Assembly: GCA_028819575.1 (NCBI GenBank)
Contig: JAPPLB010000147.1
Coordinates: 251 to 64,250 of the forward strand
From: Bryobacterales bacterium
Lineage (GTDB): Bacteria; Acidobacteriota; Terriglobia; Bryobacterales; UBA6623
Length of the DNA stretch: 64,000 bases
Reading direction: 5' to 3'
Shown: in pieces, positions 27,579 to 36,818 of the stretch
Position numbering within the stretch: the stretch's first letter is position 1
Layout of the letters: each line of letters begins with the position of its first letter
Program-made: the position numbers and the translations under genes
The notes under the pieces: model-generated
Databases searched by the model: none
The model's input: the letters and a program-made list of their open reading frames with translations, nothing else
Told to the model about the DNA's origin: nothing

Positions 27579-29042
27579 ATGACCTGCTTGCGGAGTATCT
27601 CTCGATTCGTAGTTGTGTTCATGGCCCTGGTGGGCATCACAGCCGCTGCCGTTCCGGCCGGCTGGATCGCCCTTCGCTATGAAGCCCCCAGCGGAGAAGA
27701 TCAGAAGGGACATTGGATCATCGTCAAGGCTCCCGAGGACGGCCTGGCCGCCTGGTGGAGCGACGCCGAACTCGCCAAGATCGCGGCGAACGACCCGGAC
27801 TATGTGAAACGGCTGGAAACCGACTGGACCCCATCGGACCATCCCGTAGCCGAAGAGGATGAAGCCGAGCGCCTGGCCGTGGAACTGGCCGAGTATTGGG
27901 GCGGCGACCTGCCGCAGGCCAACTTCTGGGCGCATGGCGCGTTGACCCGACGCGGCGATACGCTGAGCGCTTTTCGCTGGGAGCAGGACGGACCGGCGCA
28001 ACGGACCGACCTGGAAGACGCCGGCGAGCGCCCGAAGACGGCCGTAGCTCCGATCGATCCCGACCCGGTCGATCAGCGTTACGACAACAGCACGGACCTC
28101 GTAAGCTACGGCGACCGCTGGGGCAGTCACTTGACCGGCGGCACGCTCGATCATGTCTACACGTCCGAGCAGAACAAGGCGCAGCGGCGTCATCACCCCA
28201 ACTCGCCACCCGCAGGCGAAGTTACACAGAAGACCAAAGAAACGGTCAAAGCCTGCCGCGAAGCAAGCCTCGAAGCCGAGCTGGGGGTGTTCGAGAACTA
28301 TGTCCGTGGCTGGGGCGGACTCAGCGCCAAGAGCCTGACCTACGGACTGCCAGCAAACTGTGTTTCGGACCCCGGACCGCTCGCCCTGGCACCGCCACCT
28401 CCGCCTCCGTCGCCGCCGCCTCCACCGCCTCCGCCTCCTCCACCGGCGCAGCCGAAACCCAACCCACCCAAACCGCCAAGTCCTACTCTCTACAGTGCCT
28501 GCGATGGCAGCAAGCATGCCACGCAGGCTGCGGCCAACGCCGTGGACTGCTCTCCACCGCCTCCACCGCCGTCCGACCCCGATCCGGAGCCGGAGCCTGA
28601 GCCGGTAACACCGCGTCCTTCCAAACCGAGACCTCCCAAGCCTACTCGCTACACTGCCTGCGACGGCAGCAAGCACTCCACACAGGCCGCGGCAAATGCC
28701 GTTGACTGCTCTCCACCACCGCCACCGCCGCCGCCTCCGCCACCTCCACCGCCGCCTCCTCCGCCTCCACCACCTCCACCGCCGCCTGAAGAGGACTACG
28801 AAGCTTGCGACGGTACGATGCACAGCACCCAGGCCGCAGCCGACGCCGTAGATTGCTCTCCACCGCCTCCTCCTCCGGAGCCACCTGAACCGCTACCTCC
28901 ACCAGACGATCCGACCTACACCGCTTGCGACGGAACACTCCATTACAGCCAGGAGGATGCCGATGCCATCCCCTGCTACGGCGAGGAAACCAACGAGCTA
29001 TGCGAGGAGGACCCCTTCGCGCCAGGATGCGACCAGTTCTAG
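27579..29042 (+). CDS. Membrane-anchored proline-rich protein with four Cys-pair repeats
   Basis: N-terminal TM helix, then a ~270-aa domain. Then 4 copies of Y-x-ACDG-x-x-H-x-x-Q-x-x-A-x-A-(V/I)-(D/P)-C separated by poly-Pro runs of up to 27 consecutive Pro. Confidence 0.6.
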   Translation: MTCLRSISRFVVVFMALVGITAAAVPAGWIALRYEAPSGEDQKGHWIIVKAPEDGLAAWWSDAELAKIAANDPDYVKRLETDWTPSDHPVAEEDEAERLAVELAEYWGGDLPQANFWAHGALTRRGDTLSAFRWEQDGPAQRTDLEDAGERPKTAVAPIDPDPVDQRYDNSTDLVSYGDRWGSHLTGGTLDHVYTSEQNKAQRRHHPNSPPAGEVTQKTKETVKACREASLEAELGVFENYVRGWGGLSAKSLTYGLPANCVSDPGPLALAPPPPPPSPPPPPPPPPPPAQPKPNPPKPPSPTLYSACDGSKHATQAAANAVDCSPPPPPPSDPDPEPEPEPVTPRPSKPRPPKPTRYTACDGSKHSTQAAANAVDCSPPPPPPPPPPPPPPPPPPPPPPPPPEEDYEACDGTMHSTQAAADAVDCSPPPPPPEPPEPLPPPDDPTYTACDGTLHYSQEDADAIPCYGEETNELCEEDPFAPGCDQF

Positions 29043-29062
29043 TCGGGAAACGGTCAACAGCT

Positions 29063-29989
29063 ATGACACTTCGTTTGAAACGCTTCGCTGTTCTGAGCTT
29101 TGCCCTACTCTCGCTGGCGGCTTCTTCGGAAGCCGCCAAGCGCATTCACCTCGACGACCTTCTGCAGGACGTTGCCATTCAGGCCAGGGTGCGGCACACC
29201 ACCGTGATCGTTCTCCCTCCAGCGGAGATCATCCTCGACTACGTTGCCGGCGACACCACCACGTGGGCCGTCACCGGTTCCGCCAACGTCGCCTACCTCA
29301 AGCCCGGCGAGAAGGACGCCATCACCAACATCGTTCTGGTATGCAAATCCGGCAACATCTACAGCTTCAAGGTCACCGAGGATGAGAACTCCGATCCCGA
29401 CCTCGTCGTTTACATCGACTACCCCGGAGCGATGCCCGACGAGTCAACCCCCGGCAGCACCAAGCCGGTGCTCCACGAACCCAAATACGTCAGCCGCATG
29501 GACATTGCCGTCTACCAGGAAGCCGCCAAGCAAGCCGAAGAGAACGCCCGCACGGCATGGAAGCAAGCCGAGCAACGCATGCAGGCTGCCATCGACCAAT
29601 TCCGCTCCACCTACCCCACCCTGATCCGCTTCGAGTACCGCCTCGACAAGAAAGCCGTCAATTCACCGTTCCGGATCGCCGGCATGTGGCATGACGGCCG
29701 CTTCACCTACGTCAGAAGCCATGCCACCGAAGCGCCGGCGTTATATGAAGTCCGGGACGGCGATCCTTCCCTCGTCGCCTACGACCTCACTCCTGACGGT
29801 CTGTTTATCGTCAACCGCGTCGTCGAAGACGGGTTCTTCCAGATCGGCAAGCAGCGTGCGAAGTGGTGGCGCGAAGAACCCCACGCACAACCCGATCCTC
29901 AACTCGTCCAAGGCCGCATCAGTCTTGCCACACCCAAGGTGAAGGATGAAACTCAAGCTCCCCAACCTACTGCCGAATTGGATCAGTAA
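29063..29989 (+). CDS. virB9: T4SS VirB9/TrbG-like
   Basis: Start at ATG 29063 (signal MTLRLKRFAVLSFALLSLAASSEA). VIVLP...W.V.G..N..YLKP...TNIVLV and position before VirB10 support the call. Confidence 0.75.
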   Translation: MTLRLKRFAVLSFALLSLAASSEAAKRIHLDDLLQDVAIQARVRHTTVIVLPPAEIILDYVAGDTTTWAVTGSANVAYLKPGEKDAITNIVLVCKSGNIYSFKVTEDENSDPDLVVYIDYPGAMPDESTPGSTKPVLHEPKYVSRMDIAVYQEAAKQAEENARTAWKQAEQRMQAAIDQFRSTYPTLIRFEYRLDKKAVNSPFRIAGMWHDGRFTYVRSHATEAPALYEVRDGDPSLVAYDLTPDGLFIVNRVVEDGFFQIGKQRAKWWREEPHAQPDPQLVQGRISLATPKVKDETQAPQPTAELDQ

Positions 29990-31202
29990 CCGCGTCGCTG
30001 ATCCCGAGGGAACCGCTCCCAAGGGACTCGTGTTCAAAAGCGGAGTGATCCTGCTCACTCTCATGATGGCGTCGGTCATCTTCCTCGCTCCCAGCGAAGA
30101 GAACGGCGCCACTGAAGCTTCCGTCGCGCCGGCGCTTCCGCCCCCTGCAGGACCTGCAGCCGTCACCAAGGGCGACCAGGACATTCAATCCGCCGCCGAC
30201 CGCCGCTCCGCCGAGGAATCCCGCATCGCACGCCGCAAACAGGAAGCCGCCGATCGCGCCCGGCAATTCGAAGAGCGGTTCCTTCGCGAACAGGCCGAGC
30301 TCGAAGCCGAAGCAGCCGCCAACCGCGAAGCGATCGCCGCTTCCCGTCAGGAAAACCTCACTGCCGAGGAAGAACTGCATCAGAACCTGCGCCTCGAAAA
30401 AATCCAGCGCGAAGACCTCAGCTTGCGCTCCGCTCCCGTCGCCCTCAGCTTCCGGACCCCCGAATCCCAAGCAAGACCTCTCATAGTCGAATCCACCCCT
30501 GCACCCACTCCCGCCGCTGCGCCGCAACAACCCCCGCAGTCTGCCGCGCCGCCTGCCGCACAGCCCCCGGCTACGCCGGCCGAGCGTGCGCTCGAAGAAA
30601 GCAATCTCGTCGCCGCCACCCGCCGCCCCTCAAGCGCACGCGGTTGGGAGCGCATCGAGGGCGGTCAGTGGATCGAGGCCGTCCTCGTCACTCAAATACG
30701 AGGCGACGCTCCCGGACCCGCGATCGCACGCGCCTCAACTCCATTCTGGTCACGCGACCGTCAACGCATCCTCATTCCACGCGGCGCCCGCTTCGTCGGC
30801 CGCGTGCAGGCCGTTCAAGGGTTGAACCAATCACGGCTCACCGTGACCTTCGACCGCCTGATCTTCGACAACTACAACATCCGGATGCCCTTCGCCGGAC
30901 TTTCCCAGGCCGGCGAAGCCGGTCTGCAGGACCAGGTGAAACGCCACTACCTCGCAACCTTCGGCGCGGCCGGCGCCGTCGGCGTGATTTCCGGCCTGAC
31001 TCTTCGCAACACACAGAGCTACGGCTTCAACGTCCCTGCCGGACAGGCCGCCCGCATGGAAGCCGGCCGTTCGCTCGGCGAGTCCACCAGCGCCATCATG
31101 AACCGCTACCTGAACCGCATGCCCACCATCATCATTCGCGCCGGACACCGCATCCGCATCTACTTCGTTTCCGATCTTCTCGTACCCAGGAGGCCCGCAT
31201 GA
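29946..31202 (+). CDS. virB10: T4SS VirB10/TrbI-like
   Basis: N-terminal TM helix, Pro/Ala-rich linker, and a C-terminal barrel region ending PTIIIRAGHRIRIYFVSDL. Confidence 0.8.
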   Translation: MKLKLPNLLPNWISNRVADPEGTAPKGLVFKSGVILLTLMMASVIFLAPSEENGATEASVAPALPPPAGPAAVTKGDQDIQSAADRRSAEESRIARRKQEAADRARQFEERFLREQAELEAEAAANREAIAASRQENLTAEEELHQNLRLEKIQREDLSLRSAPVALSFRTPESQARPLIVESTPAPTPAAAPQQPPQSAAPPAAQPPATPAERALEESNLVAATRRPSSARGWERIEGGQWIEAVLVTQIRGDAPGPAIARASTPFWSRDRQRILIPRGARFVGRVQAVQGLNQSRLTVTFDRLIFDNYNIRMPFAGLSQAGEAGLQDQVKRHYLATFGAAGAVGVISGLTLRNTQSYGFNVPAGQAARMEAGRSLGESTSAIMNRYLNRMPTIIIRAGHRIRIYFVSDLLVPRRPA

Positions 31203-32137
31203 CCCACCCGACACCATCTGAGAGAATCAACCCCGTTTCCCCGGATTCGTCGCGATCCGCTCCGGATCCCGGAAAAATCACGCGCTCAGACGCCCGTAGA
31301 GGCGTTTTCTCCGATCTGGTGGACCCCCAGCACCCCCCACGGCGCAAGCGCCGCAGCCTGAGCTTGCTCGTCGTGATGGCGCTTCTACTCATCGGAGTCG
31401 GCCGGGCCGCCTGGCCCGTCATCGACGTATCGGCCGTTGCCCAGCTCATCGAAACCGTGCGGCTGGCCACCGATTCGCTGGATCAGGTTACCTCCGCAAA
31501 GCAAGCCCTGCTGGGGGAGGTTGCCGTCTTGACCGGAACATGGAGCGACCTGACCGGCTCAGCCTACGAGCTTGGAGAAAACGCCAGCTCGCTCACGACC
31601 GAGTTCAGCCTCACTCAGATCGAAACGGCACTCAACACCCGTAAGACCAATGAGCAGAACGCCTGGCCCACCGCGACCGACATACAGAATGCCTACGCGG
31701 GAGAAGATGCCACGGTGATCCAACAGGTTCTCGACGCACACCAAGCAGCCACAACGATCCGCCAGGCCGAGCGTAACGTCTGGTACGACTCGCAGATCGT
31801 CATCGCCGAAGCCGGCGAGTTTCTCAACGCCATCGAATCCACCGCTTCCACGCAGAACAGCGAAACCACCCAGGGTCTCGGCGCTCAGCTCGACCGCCAG
31901 ATCGCGGTTGCCTCTTCCACCCGCGATATTGCCGCACGCCAGCTCGAAGTGTCACTCAAAACTCAGCAGCGCGCCGCCATCCTTGACAGCCAGCGCTCCA
32001 TCGCTCAGGCGAATCAACGACGCCGCGCCCTGCAGCTCCGGACTGAAATGCAAGACGCCATCGCGGATCATCAGGCAGACTTCAATGCCGCCGCCTTTGA
32101 TCAGAATCTCTATACCCCTGTCCTTCCGACCTACTGA
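31199..32137 (+). CDS. trbJ: TrbJ/VirB5-like T4SS minor pilus component
   Basis: Start at ATG 31199 (ATGA overlap with virB10). TM/signal LLVVMALLLIGVGRAAWPVIDV, then long Q-rich helices. Confidence 0.55.
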   Translation: MTHPTPSERINPVSPDSSRSAPDPGKITRSDARRGVFSDLVDPQHPPRRKRRSLSLLVVMALLLIGVGRAAWPVIDVSAVAQLIETVRLATDSLDQVTSAKQALLGEVAVLTGTWSDLTGSAYELGENASSLTTEFSLTQIETALNTRKTNEQNAWPTATDIQNAYAGEDATVIQQVLDAHQAATTIRQAERNVWYDSQIVIAEAGEFLNAIESTASTQNSETTQGLGAQLDRQIAVASSTRDIAARQLEVSLKTQQRAAILDSQRSIAQANQRRRALQLRTEMQDAIADHQADFNAAAFDQNLYTPVLPTY

Positions 32138-32166
32138 TACACCCTTTTCTCGCTTGCCCCTAGTCC

Positions 32167-33168
32167 ATGCCCGTCCCCACCCCGCCTCCGGATCAGAGCA
32201 ACCCCAAATTCGTTCTCGACGCTCTGACTCAGGGGCTGATGGATGTTGCCGACGGTCCGATCCTTTCGGCCGGCAATGCTCTCTGGATGGGTCTGGCTCT
32301 CATCATCGTCGCCTGGACCGGGATGCGCACCGCTTTCTCCGGCGACGGCTGGAACGCATGGGAGATCGTCAAGCTCATCATCATGCTTTCCATTCCCCGT
32401 GGCATGCTCCAGTTCTATGCCGTTGATTTCCCCGGAATCGGACTCTCCTTCCCCGAGATCATCGTTCAACAGGGATCGTGGCTGAACGGCATCATCGTTG
32501 ACGACACGGGCAGCGCCGTATGGGAGTGGCTCCGCGACTACATCAGCAACACCTGGCTCACCTTCAGCGAGCAGGAAATCGGTTTCGGATCATTGTTCAG
32601 CGTTCATGCCGTTGCCGGCAAACTCCTCGTTCTCGCCGTTCTCGCCTTCTCTTCCCTGCTGACCCTGATTGTGGTTCTCGTCGGCTATTCCTTCATCCTC
32701 TTCGCTCAGATCGCCATTGCGATCCTCACGCTGTTCGGCCCGCTGTTCATCCCCTGGATGATCTTCGGTCCGCTGAGCTTCCTGTTCTGGAGCTGGTTTC
32801 GCATGATGATCACCTACTCGCTCTACGCGGCCGTTTCCGCCGCCATCTTCCGGATCATGATGCAGCTCATCATGACGGTCGGCGACCGCTACCAAGCCAA
32901 CTTCAACCCCGAACAAGTCATTGCCGCCTTGAGCAATCCTGCCACCGCAGCAACGGGACTATTCGATTCCGTCATATGGTTCATCAGCTATGTCCTGGCT
33001 CTGCTCACCACCCTGCTCGCCACTTTCAAAATCCCCGAGCTCGCAGGCGGTCTTGTCAGTGGAGCCGCCGCAGGCGGAGGAATTGCCGGAACCGCGATCG
33101 CAGCCGGAGCAGCCGTCAAAGGCGGCGCCGCTGCCAGCAAAGTCGTCGGTAAAGCTACAGGAGGATAA
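32167..33168 (+). CDS. virB6: T4SS VirB6/TrbL-like polytopic membrane protein
   Basis: 333 aa with 6 or more TM helices and a Gly/Ala-rich C-terminal tail. Positioned between TrbJ and VirB8. Confidence 0.65.
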   Translation: MPVPTPPPDQSNPKFVLDALTQGLMDVADGPILSAGNALWMGLALIIVAWTGMRTAFSGDGWNAWEIVKLIIMLSIPRGMLQFYAVDFPGIGLSFPEIIVQQGSWLNGIIVDDTGSAVWEWLRDYISNTWLTFSEQEIGFGSLFSVHAVAGKLLVLAVLAFSSLLTLIVVLVGYSFILFAQIAIAILTLFGPLFIPWMIFGPLSFLFWSWFRMMITYSLYAAVSAAIFRIMMQLIMTVGDRYQANFNPEQVIAALSNPATAATGLFDSVIWFISYVLALLTTLLATFKIPELAGGLVSGAAAGGGIAGTAIAAGAAVKGGAAASKVVGKATGG

Positions 33169-33174
33169 CCCTTC

Positions 33175-33822
33175 ATGAACGAAAAAAACGTCCGCGAGTA
33201 TGCCGAGGCATGGGCCGCACACGCATCCGCCGCCCGCACCTTGCGCTGGATCGTCGGAGCCTTGATCGTTGTCTTGCTCGTTACCTCGATCGGTTGGCTT
33301 CGTAGCGCTGCGCACGAGCCCCAACCGCTATTCGTTCGCGTCGATGACGTCGGCCGCGCCGAGGTCGTTGACTACGAAGCCCTGCAATTCGACAAAGACC
33401 CGGTTTCCCCCGTCACCAAGTTCTTCCTCGCCCGTTTCGTTCGCGACCACTACGAACGTCGGCGCGGCGGCGTGCGGGAAGCCTGGACACGCAGCCTCTA
33501 CTTTCTCACCCAAGAGCTGGCGCAATCAGCCAGCGCCACCGACGCGGAGAACATCGCCGCCGTCATTTCCGGCCAGGCTTCCGAAATCGTCATGGAAAAC
33601 TTGACGCTGCGCATCACGCCTTCTGAGGAGCCGCCCTTCACCGCGATCGCCACCTACACCCTGATCTACCAACGCCGGGGAACGGAATTAGGACGAGAGC
33701 TCTGGAGCACCGAGATTCGCTTCCACTTCCTCGACGGCGTGCCTTCGGAATACGTGCTGGTGAATCCCATCGGCCTGAGCGTTTCCTACCTCCGAGCCGA
33801 TCGCGCGGTCAGCGAATCATGA
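33175..33822 (+). CDS. virB8: T4SS VirB8/TrbF-like
   Basis: 215 aa with a single N-terminal TM helix and an NTF2-like periplasmic part (FLARFVRDHYER...). Confidence 0.7.
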   Translation: MNEKNVREYAEAWAAHASAARTLRWIVGALIVVLLVTSIGWLRSAAHEPQPLFVRVDDVGRAEVVDYEALQFDKDPVSPVTKFFLARFVRDHYERRRGGVREAWTRSLYFLTQELAQSASATDAENIAAVISGQASEIVMENLTLRITPSEEPPFTAIATYTLIYQRRGTELGRELWSTEIRFHFLDGVPSEYVLVNPIGLSVSYLRADRAVSES

Positions 33823-33950
33823 GCGAAGAGCCCCGCTTGCACAAGGCCTTGCGCTTCGCCGTCGAGCTGACTCTCATCCTGGCGACCGCCGCAGCCTTCG
33901 GTCTCTTCATCTTCCTTGCGGGAAGCTCCCGGCCCTTGTGGGTTCAGTGA
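33819..33950 (+). CDS. Tiny 1-TM ORF (43 aa)
   Basis: Found by hand. ATGA overlap with the virB8 stop. Sequence MSEEPRLHKALRFAVELTLILATAAAFGLFIFLAGSSRPLWVQ. Confidence 0.35.
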   Translation: MSEEPRLHKALRFAVELTLILATAAAFGLFIFLAGSSRPLWVQ

Positions 33951-34033
33951 TGACCGACGCACTTGCCATTGTGATTCTGATCGAAGTCGCTTTGACGAGC
34001 GCTGTTCTCGCCTACTGCGGTTTCGACTCCTGA
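33950..34033 (+). CDS. Tiny hydrophobic ORF (27 aa)
   Basis: Found by hand. Its ATG overlaps the previous TGA by 1 nt. Sequence MTDALAIVILIEVALTSAVLAYCGFDS. Confidence 0.3.
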   Translation: MTDALAIVILIEVALTSAVLAYCGFDS

Positions 34034-34039
34034 CGCGCC

Positions 34040-34189
34040 ATGAGCCTCAAACCCTCACTGCTCGACCTTCCCTACATCGAGTACTTGCTGATTCCCCTGA
34101 TCTTCGTGTTGATCGTTGGACTGCTCACGCTGCTCGATCCACAGTCTCTCCCCCCTGAAATCTACCCCTGCATCGAGGTTGCGCCATGA
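34040..34189 (+). CDS. Tiny 1-TM ORF (49 aa)
   Basis: Found by hand. Sequence MSLKPSLLDLPYIEYLLIPLIFVLIVGLLTLLDPQSLPPEIYPCIEVAP. ATGA overlap with the next ORF. Confidence 0.35.
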   Translation: MSLKPSLLDLPYIEYLLIPLIFVLIVGLLTLLDPQSLPPEIYPCIEVAP

Positions 34190-34422
34190 ATCGATTCGAG
34201 TACGTCCGGCTGCGGGATTACGGCAATGTCGTAGTACGGCTTCAGGACTACAACCGCGTTGTGCCAGGCGGCGCCGAGAGAATCCGCACTCTGGTGGAGC
34301 AACAGGCCGCGCACCGCCGCCGTATCGCTTCTCGGGAGCCTTGTTTCGGATTCTCGATGGAAGCCGGTCTCTTCGCCGGAGCCTTGATGATGACGGCCGC
34401 AGCGCTGATTCGCGCCTGCTGA
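34186..34422 (+). CDS. Small protein with C-terminal TM helix
   Basis: 78-aa ORF, translationally coupled to the previous one. Confidence 0.4.
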   Translation: MNRFEYVRLRDYGNVVVRLQDYNRVVPGGAERIRTLVEQQAAHRRRIASREPCFGFSMEAGLFAGALMMTAAALIRAC

Positions 34423-34434
34423 AAGCTAGATTCC

Positions 34435-34905
34435 ATGAACGAACAGATCGACAATGCCGCCATCAACACCCGGGTGTTCAGAGCCTTCTACAGAACCCTG
34501 CAGTCCGAAGGCTTCAATGACGGCGAAGCTTGTGAACTCGCCCAGCGCGGCGCCGATCTCCTCACCGCTTCCCATGACCCATCGGACCGCGATTCGGAGA
34601 AGCCCGCCAATGCCGCTCCTGGCGGCAAAGCTGCTGAGGACACCTCTTCCGATAGCCCGTACACGTATTTTTTCTCCAGACTCATCTTCACCCGCCGCCT
34701 GGCGTTCACCGTGCTCTGTGTACTGCTAGCGCTGAGCGCATTCATTTTCTTCAGCGCCGTCCTCGACTTGGTAAGGGCGCCCCGGACCCAACGAAGCGTA
34801 GGTCGCTCATCCGACCCCCGCAAGCAGAAAGTCCTTCGTCTGCTGTCGCTCATTTCCATCCTGCTGTTGATCTACGGCCTGATGATGTTCGTCATTCCGA
34901 GCTGA
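34435..34905 (+). CDS. Hypothetical protein with 2 C-terminal TM helices
   Basis: 156-aa ORF. No family recognised. Confidence 0.5.
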   Translation: MNEQIDNAAINTRVFRAFYRTLQSEGFNDGEACELAQRGADLLTASHDPSDRDSEKPANAAPGGKAAEDTSSDSPYTYFFSRLIFTRRLAFTVLCVLLALSAFIFFSAVLDLVRAPRTQRSVGRSSDPRKQKVLRLLSLISILLLIYGLMMFVIPS

Positions 34906-34926
34906 TGAGAAGCCCTCGATAGCGTC

Positions 34927-35652
34927 ATGACCAAGATCGAATGGACTGACACGACCTGGAACCCCGTCACCGGCTGCACCGAGATCTCCCGCGGTTGCGA
35001 TTACTGCTACGCCAAGCTCTTGTCCGAGCGCTTCCGAGACACGCCCGGCCATCCCTTCGAAAACGGCTTTGACCTCACCTTGCGCCCCGAGCGGCTGCAA
35101 CAGCCGCTCTCGTGGAAAAAGCCCCGCATGATCTTCGTCAATTCCATGAGCGACCTGTTTCACAAGGAGATCCCCGTCGAGTTCATCGATCGCGTCTTCG
35201 ACACCATGGAAGCGGCCGACCGGCACATATTCCAGGTGCTCACCAAGCGCAGTTCGCTCATGAAGCGCTACCTCGAGCGCAGATACCCCCGGTCGCGAGC
35301 TCCCCGGCATATCTGGTGCGGCGTCTCGGTCGAAGACCTCGCGGCCACCACGCGAATCCGTCACCTTCGGGAAGCGCCGGCGACAGTGCGGTTTCTGTCC
35401 ATCGAGCCGCTTCTCGGTCCCGTGGGAGAGATCGACCTCAAAGGAATAGCGTGGGTCATCATCGGAGGCGAGAGCGGCCCCAAGGCCCGGCCGATGGATC
35501 GGCGCTGGGTGATCGACATCCGCGATCTATGCCAACGCGAGAACGTCGCCTTCTTCTTCAAGCAGTGGGGCGGGCGGACGCCGAAAGCGGGCGGACGCAC
35601 TCTTGATGGCGTCGAGCACAACGCGATGCCCTTGGCGGCCTTCAAGCACTGA
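34927..35652 (+). CDS. Phage Gp37/Gp68 family protein (DUF5131)
   Basis: N-terminus MTKIEWTDTTWNPVTGCTEISRGCDYCYA is the hallmark of this family. Confidence 0.8.
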   Translation: MTKIEWTDTTWNPVTGCTEISRGCDYCYAKLLSERFRDTPGHPFENGFDLTLRPERLQQPLSWKKPRMIFVNSMSDLFHKEIPVEFIDRVFDTMEAADRHIFQVLTKRSSLMKRYLERRYPRSRAPRHIWCGVSVEDLAATTRIRHLREAPATVRFLSIEPLLGPVGEIDLKGIAWVIIGGESGPKARPMDRRWVIDIRDLCQRENVAFFFKQWGGRTPKAGGRTLDGVEHNAMPLAAFKH

Positions 35653-35867
35653 TGCTCATCAACCGTAGACCTGATCCTTAGGAGCGAACACCAGATAAAT
35701 GAAACCCAAAATCGTTCTCGAAGCTCTGTTGGAGTGGTTAGCAGCCTTCCTCATTGGAGTATTAATCGGGTTCATCATCACTCATTCGGCGAAACGCAAT
35801 GCTCAACTCCCCCATTGCCCGTCGTGCTGCCCTGAGCCTGCTCTACACTGTCCCTCGGAGGCAGCCC

Positions 35868-36146
35868 ATGGAACCCGACGACACAATCCTCTTTGACACT
35901 CTCAGGGAAGCGGGAGCTTCACCACAACTTGCTCACAGAGCCGTACAGGAGGTCTTCAAAATTGCTGGTCACAACATCACCACCACAGTCGAATCTCGTA
36001 TCGCGGAGAGCAACTCCAAAATCGAGAGCCTACGCCGCGAAATGCAGCATTTTGCAACGAAAGATTACGTGCAAAATACCAAAATCTGGTGGTTGGTCAC
36101 AGCGGGGGCCGTGGGTGGCCTTGTGGGCACCCAACTTCCGACCTAG
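35868..36146 (+). CDS. DUF1640-like coiled-coil protein with C-terminal TM
   Basis: Start at ATG 35868, preceded by GGAGG. FDTLREAGASPQLAHRAVQEV..., a coiled coil, then a TM helix. A paralog lies at 38070. Confidence 0.5.
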   Translation: MEPDDTILFDTLREAGASPQLAHRAVQEVFKIAGHNITTTVESRIAESNSKIESLRREMQHFATKDYVQNTKIWWLVTAGAVGGLVGTQLPT

Positions 36147-36387
36147 CTAATTTAGGAGCCGCGACATGACGGGCTCGAAATGCGACGACCTTCACTCTAT
36201 GACGCTTACTTGCATCCGCAACAGCAAACCGAACCGGAAGCCCACTCGCGCCCCTATCGATCGAAACGCTTCCCAGGTGACACGACGATACCACTGGCCG
36301 GCCAGGGCAACTACGACCTTGGCCGCACCCTTTACCTCCACGGGCAGGACGGCGCTGTCGATGACCGCGCTGCGCTTGTCCTCCTGT

Positions 36388-36443
36388 GGGGTGTTCTACG
36401 CCTTTCCGCCTGCAGGGGGTGAGCGGAAAGCTCCAAACACTTT
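36388..36443 (+). promoter_or_regulatory. Hairpin element copy 1 (degenerate left arm)
   Basis: Sequence ggggtgttctacgcctttccgcc-tgcagggg-gtgagcggaaagctccaaacacttt. AGGAGG at 36448 and ATG at 36465. Confidence 0.7.
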
Positions 36444-36464
36444 AACCAGGAGGATTTAACCATC

Positions 36465-36737
36465 ATGTCCAGCACCATCACCAAGCCCGTTGCGGAGGTT
36501 CGAGTCGGTAGGGTCAAGGCCGCCATCTGGCCCAACCAGACCGAATCCGGCGCCGTTCGCCACAACGTCACCTTCGCGCGCATCTACAAGGACGCCAACG
36601 GCGAGTGGAAATCCACTTCCAGCTTCGGCCGCGACGACCTGCTCGTTGTGGCGAAGGTCGCCGACCTGGCGCACACCAAGATCTTCGAGGTCGCCAACGG
36701 CCACGGCGCCGACCCGGACGGCGAACCGCAGTCCTGA
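36465..36737 (+). CDS. Small beta-rich protein, possibly PC4/YdbC-like ssDNA-binding fold
   Basis: 90 aa. RVGRVKAAIWPN...RHNVTFARIYKDANGEWKSTSSFGRDDLLVVAKVADLAHTKI loosely recalls PC4-type ssDNA binders. This is speculative. Confidence 0.45.
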   Translation: MSSTITKPVAEVRVGRVKAAIWPNQTESGAVRHNVTFARIYKDANGEWKSTSSFGRDDLLVVAKVADLAHTKIFEVANGHGADPDGEPQS

Positions 36738-36753
36738 TCCCCAGCCGTTCCCA

Positions 36754-36781
36754 GGCGGGGCGAAAGCCCCGCCTTTTTTTC
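36754..36781 (+). terminator. Rho-independent terminator
   Basis: GGCGGGGC-GAAA-GCCCCGCC followed by TTTTTTT. Confidence 0.8.
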
Positions 36782-36818
36782 ATGTTCTTGCTTCCAATGC
36801 CCGGAGAAACATCGTCTC

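Noticed and set aside
27468-28823. N-terminal ~450 aa (R/W-rich, RRRRWRWRRRRRW) of the 814-aa minus ORF 26379..28823
   Set aside because: It is the antisense image of the poly-proline (CCG/CCA) coding repeats of the + strand gene 27579..29042. A good signal peptide begins at the internal ATG 27467, so only 26379..27467 was kept.
28360-28900. DNA-level tandem CCG/CCA repeats as a possible non-coding satellite
   Set aside because: They stay in frame within a long ORF. They encode poly-Pro linkers between four conserved Cys-pair peptide repeats.
30644-31198. 185-aa N-terminal extension of the TrbJ-like ORF
   Set aside because: It overlaps virB10 in another frame and is R/P-rich. The ATG at 31199 gives ATGA coupling and a normal signal/TM start.
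31329-31347. 19-nt exact match (GTGGACCCCCAGCACCCCC) between the trbJ coding region and the 71-nt intergenic repeat at 41098
   Set aside because: It is short and C-rich in a high-GC sequence. My rough expectation for a chance 19-mer match within 64 kb is not negligible, and there is no flanking similarity.
35699-35896. 65-aa ORF with one TM helix upstream of the DUF1640-like gene
   Set aside because: It overlaps the better-supported 35868 start by 29 nt, has no visible SD, and has a Cys/Pro-rich tail that looks like out-of-frame sequence. It may still be real, but it is not supported enough to list.
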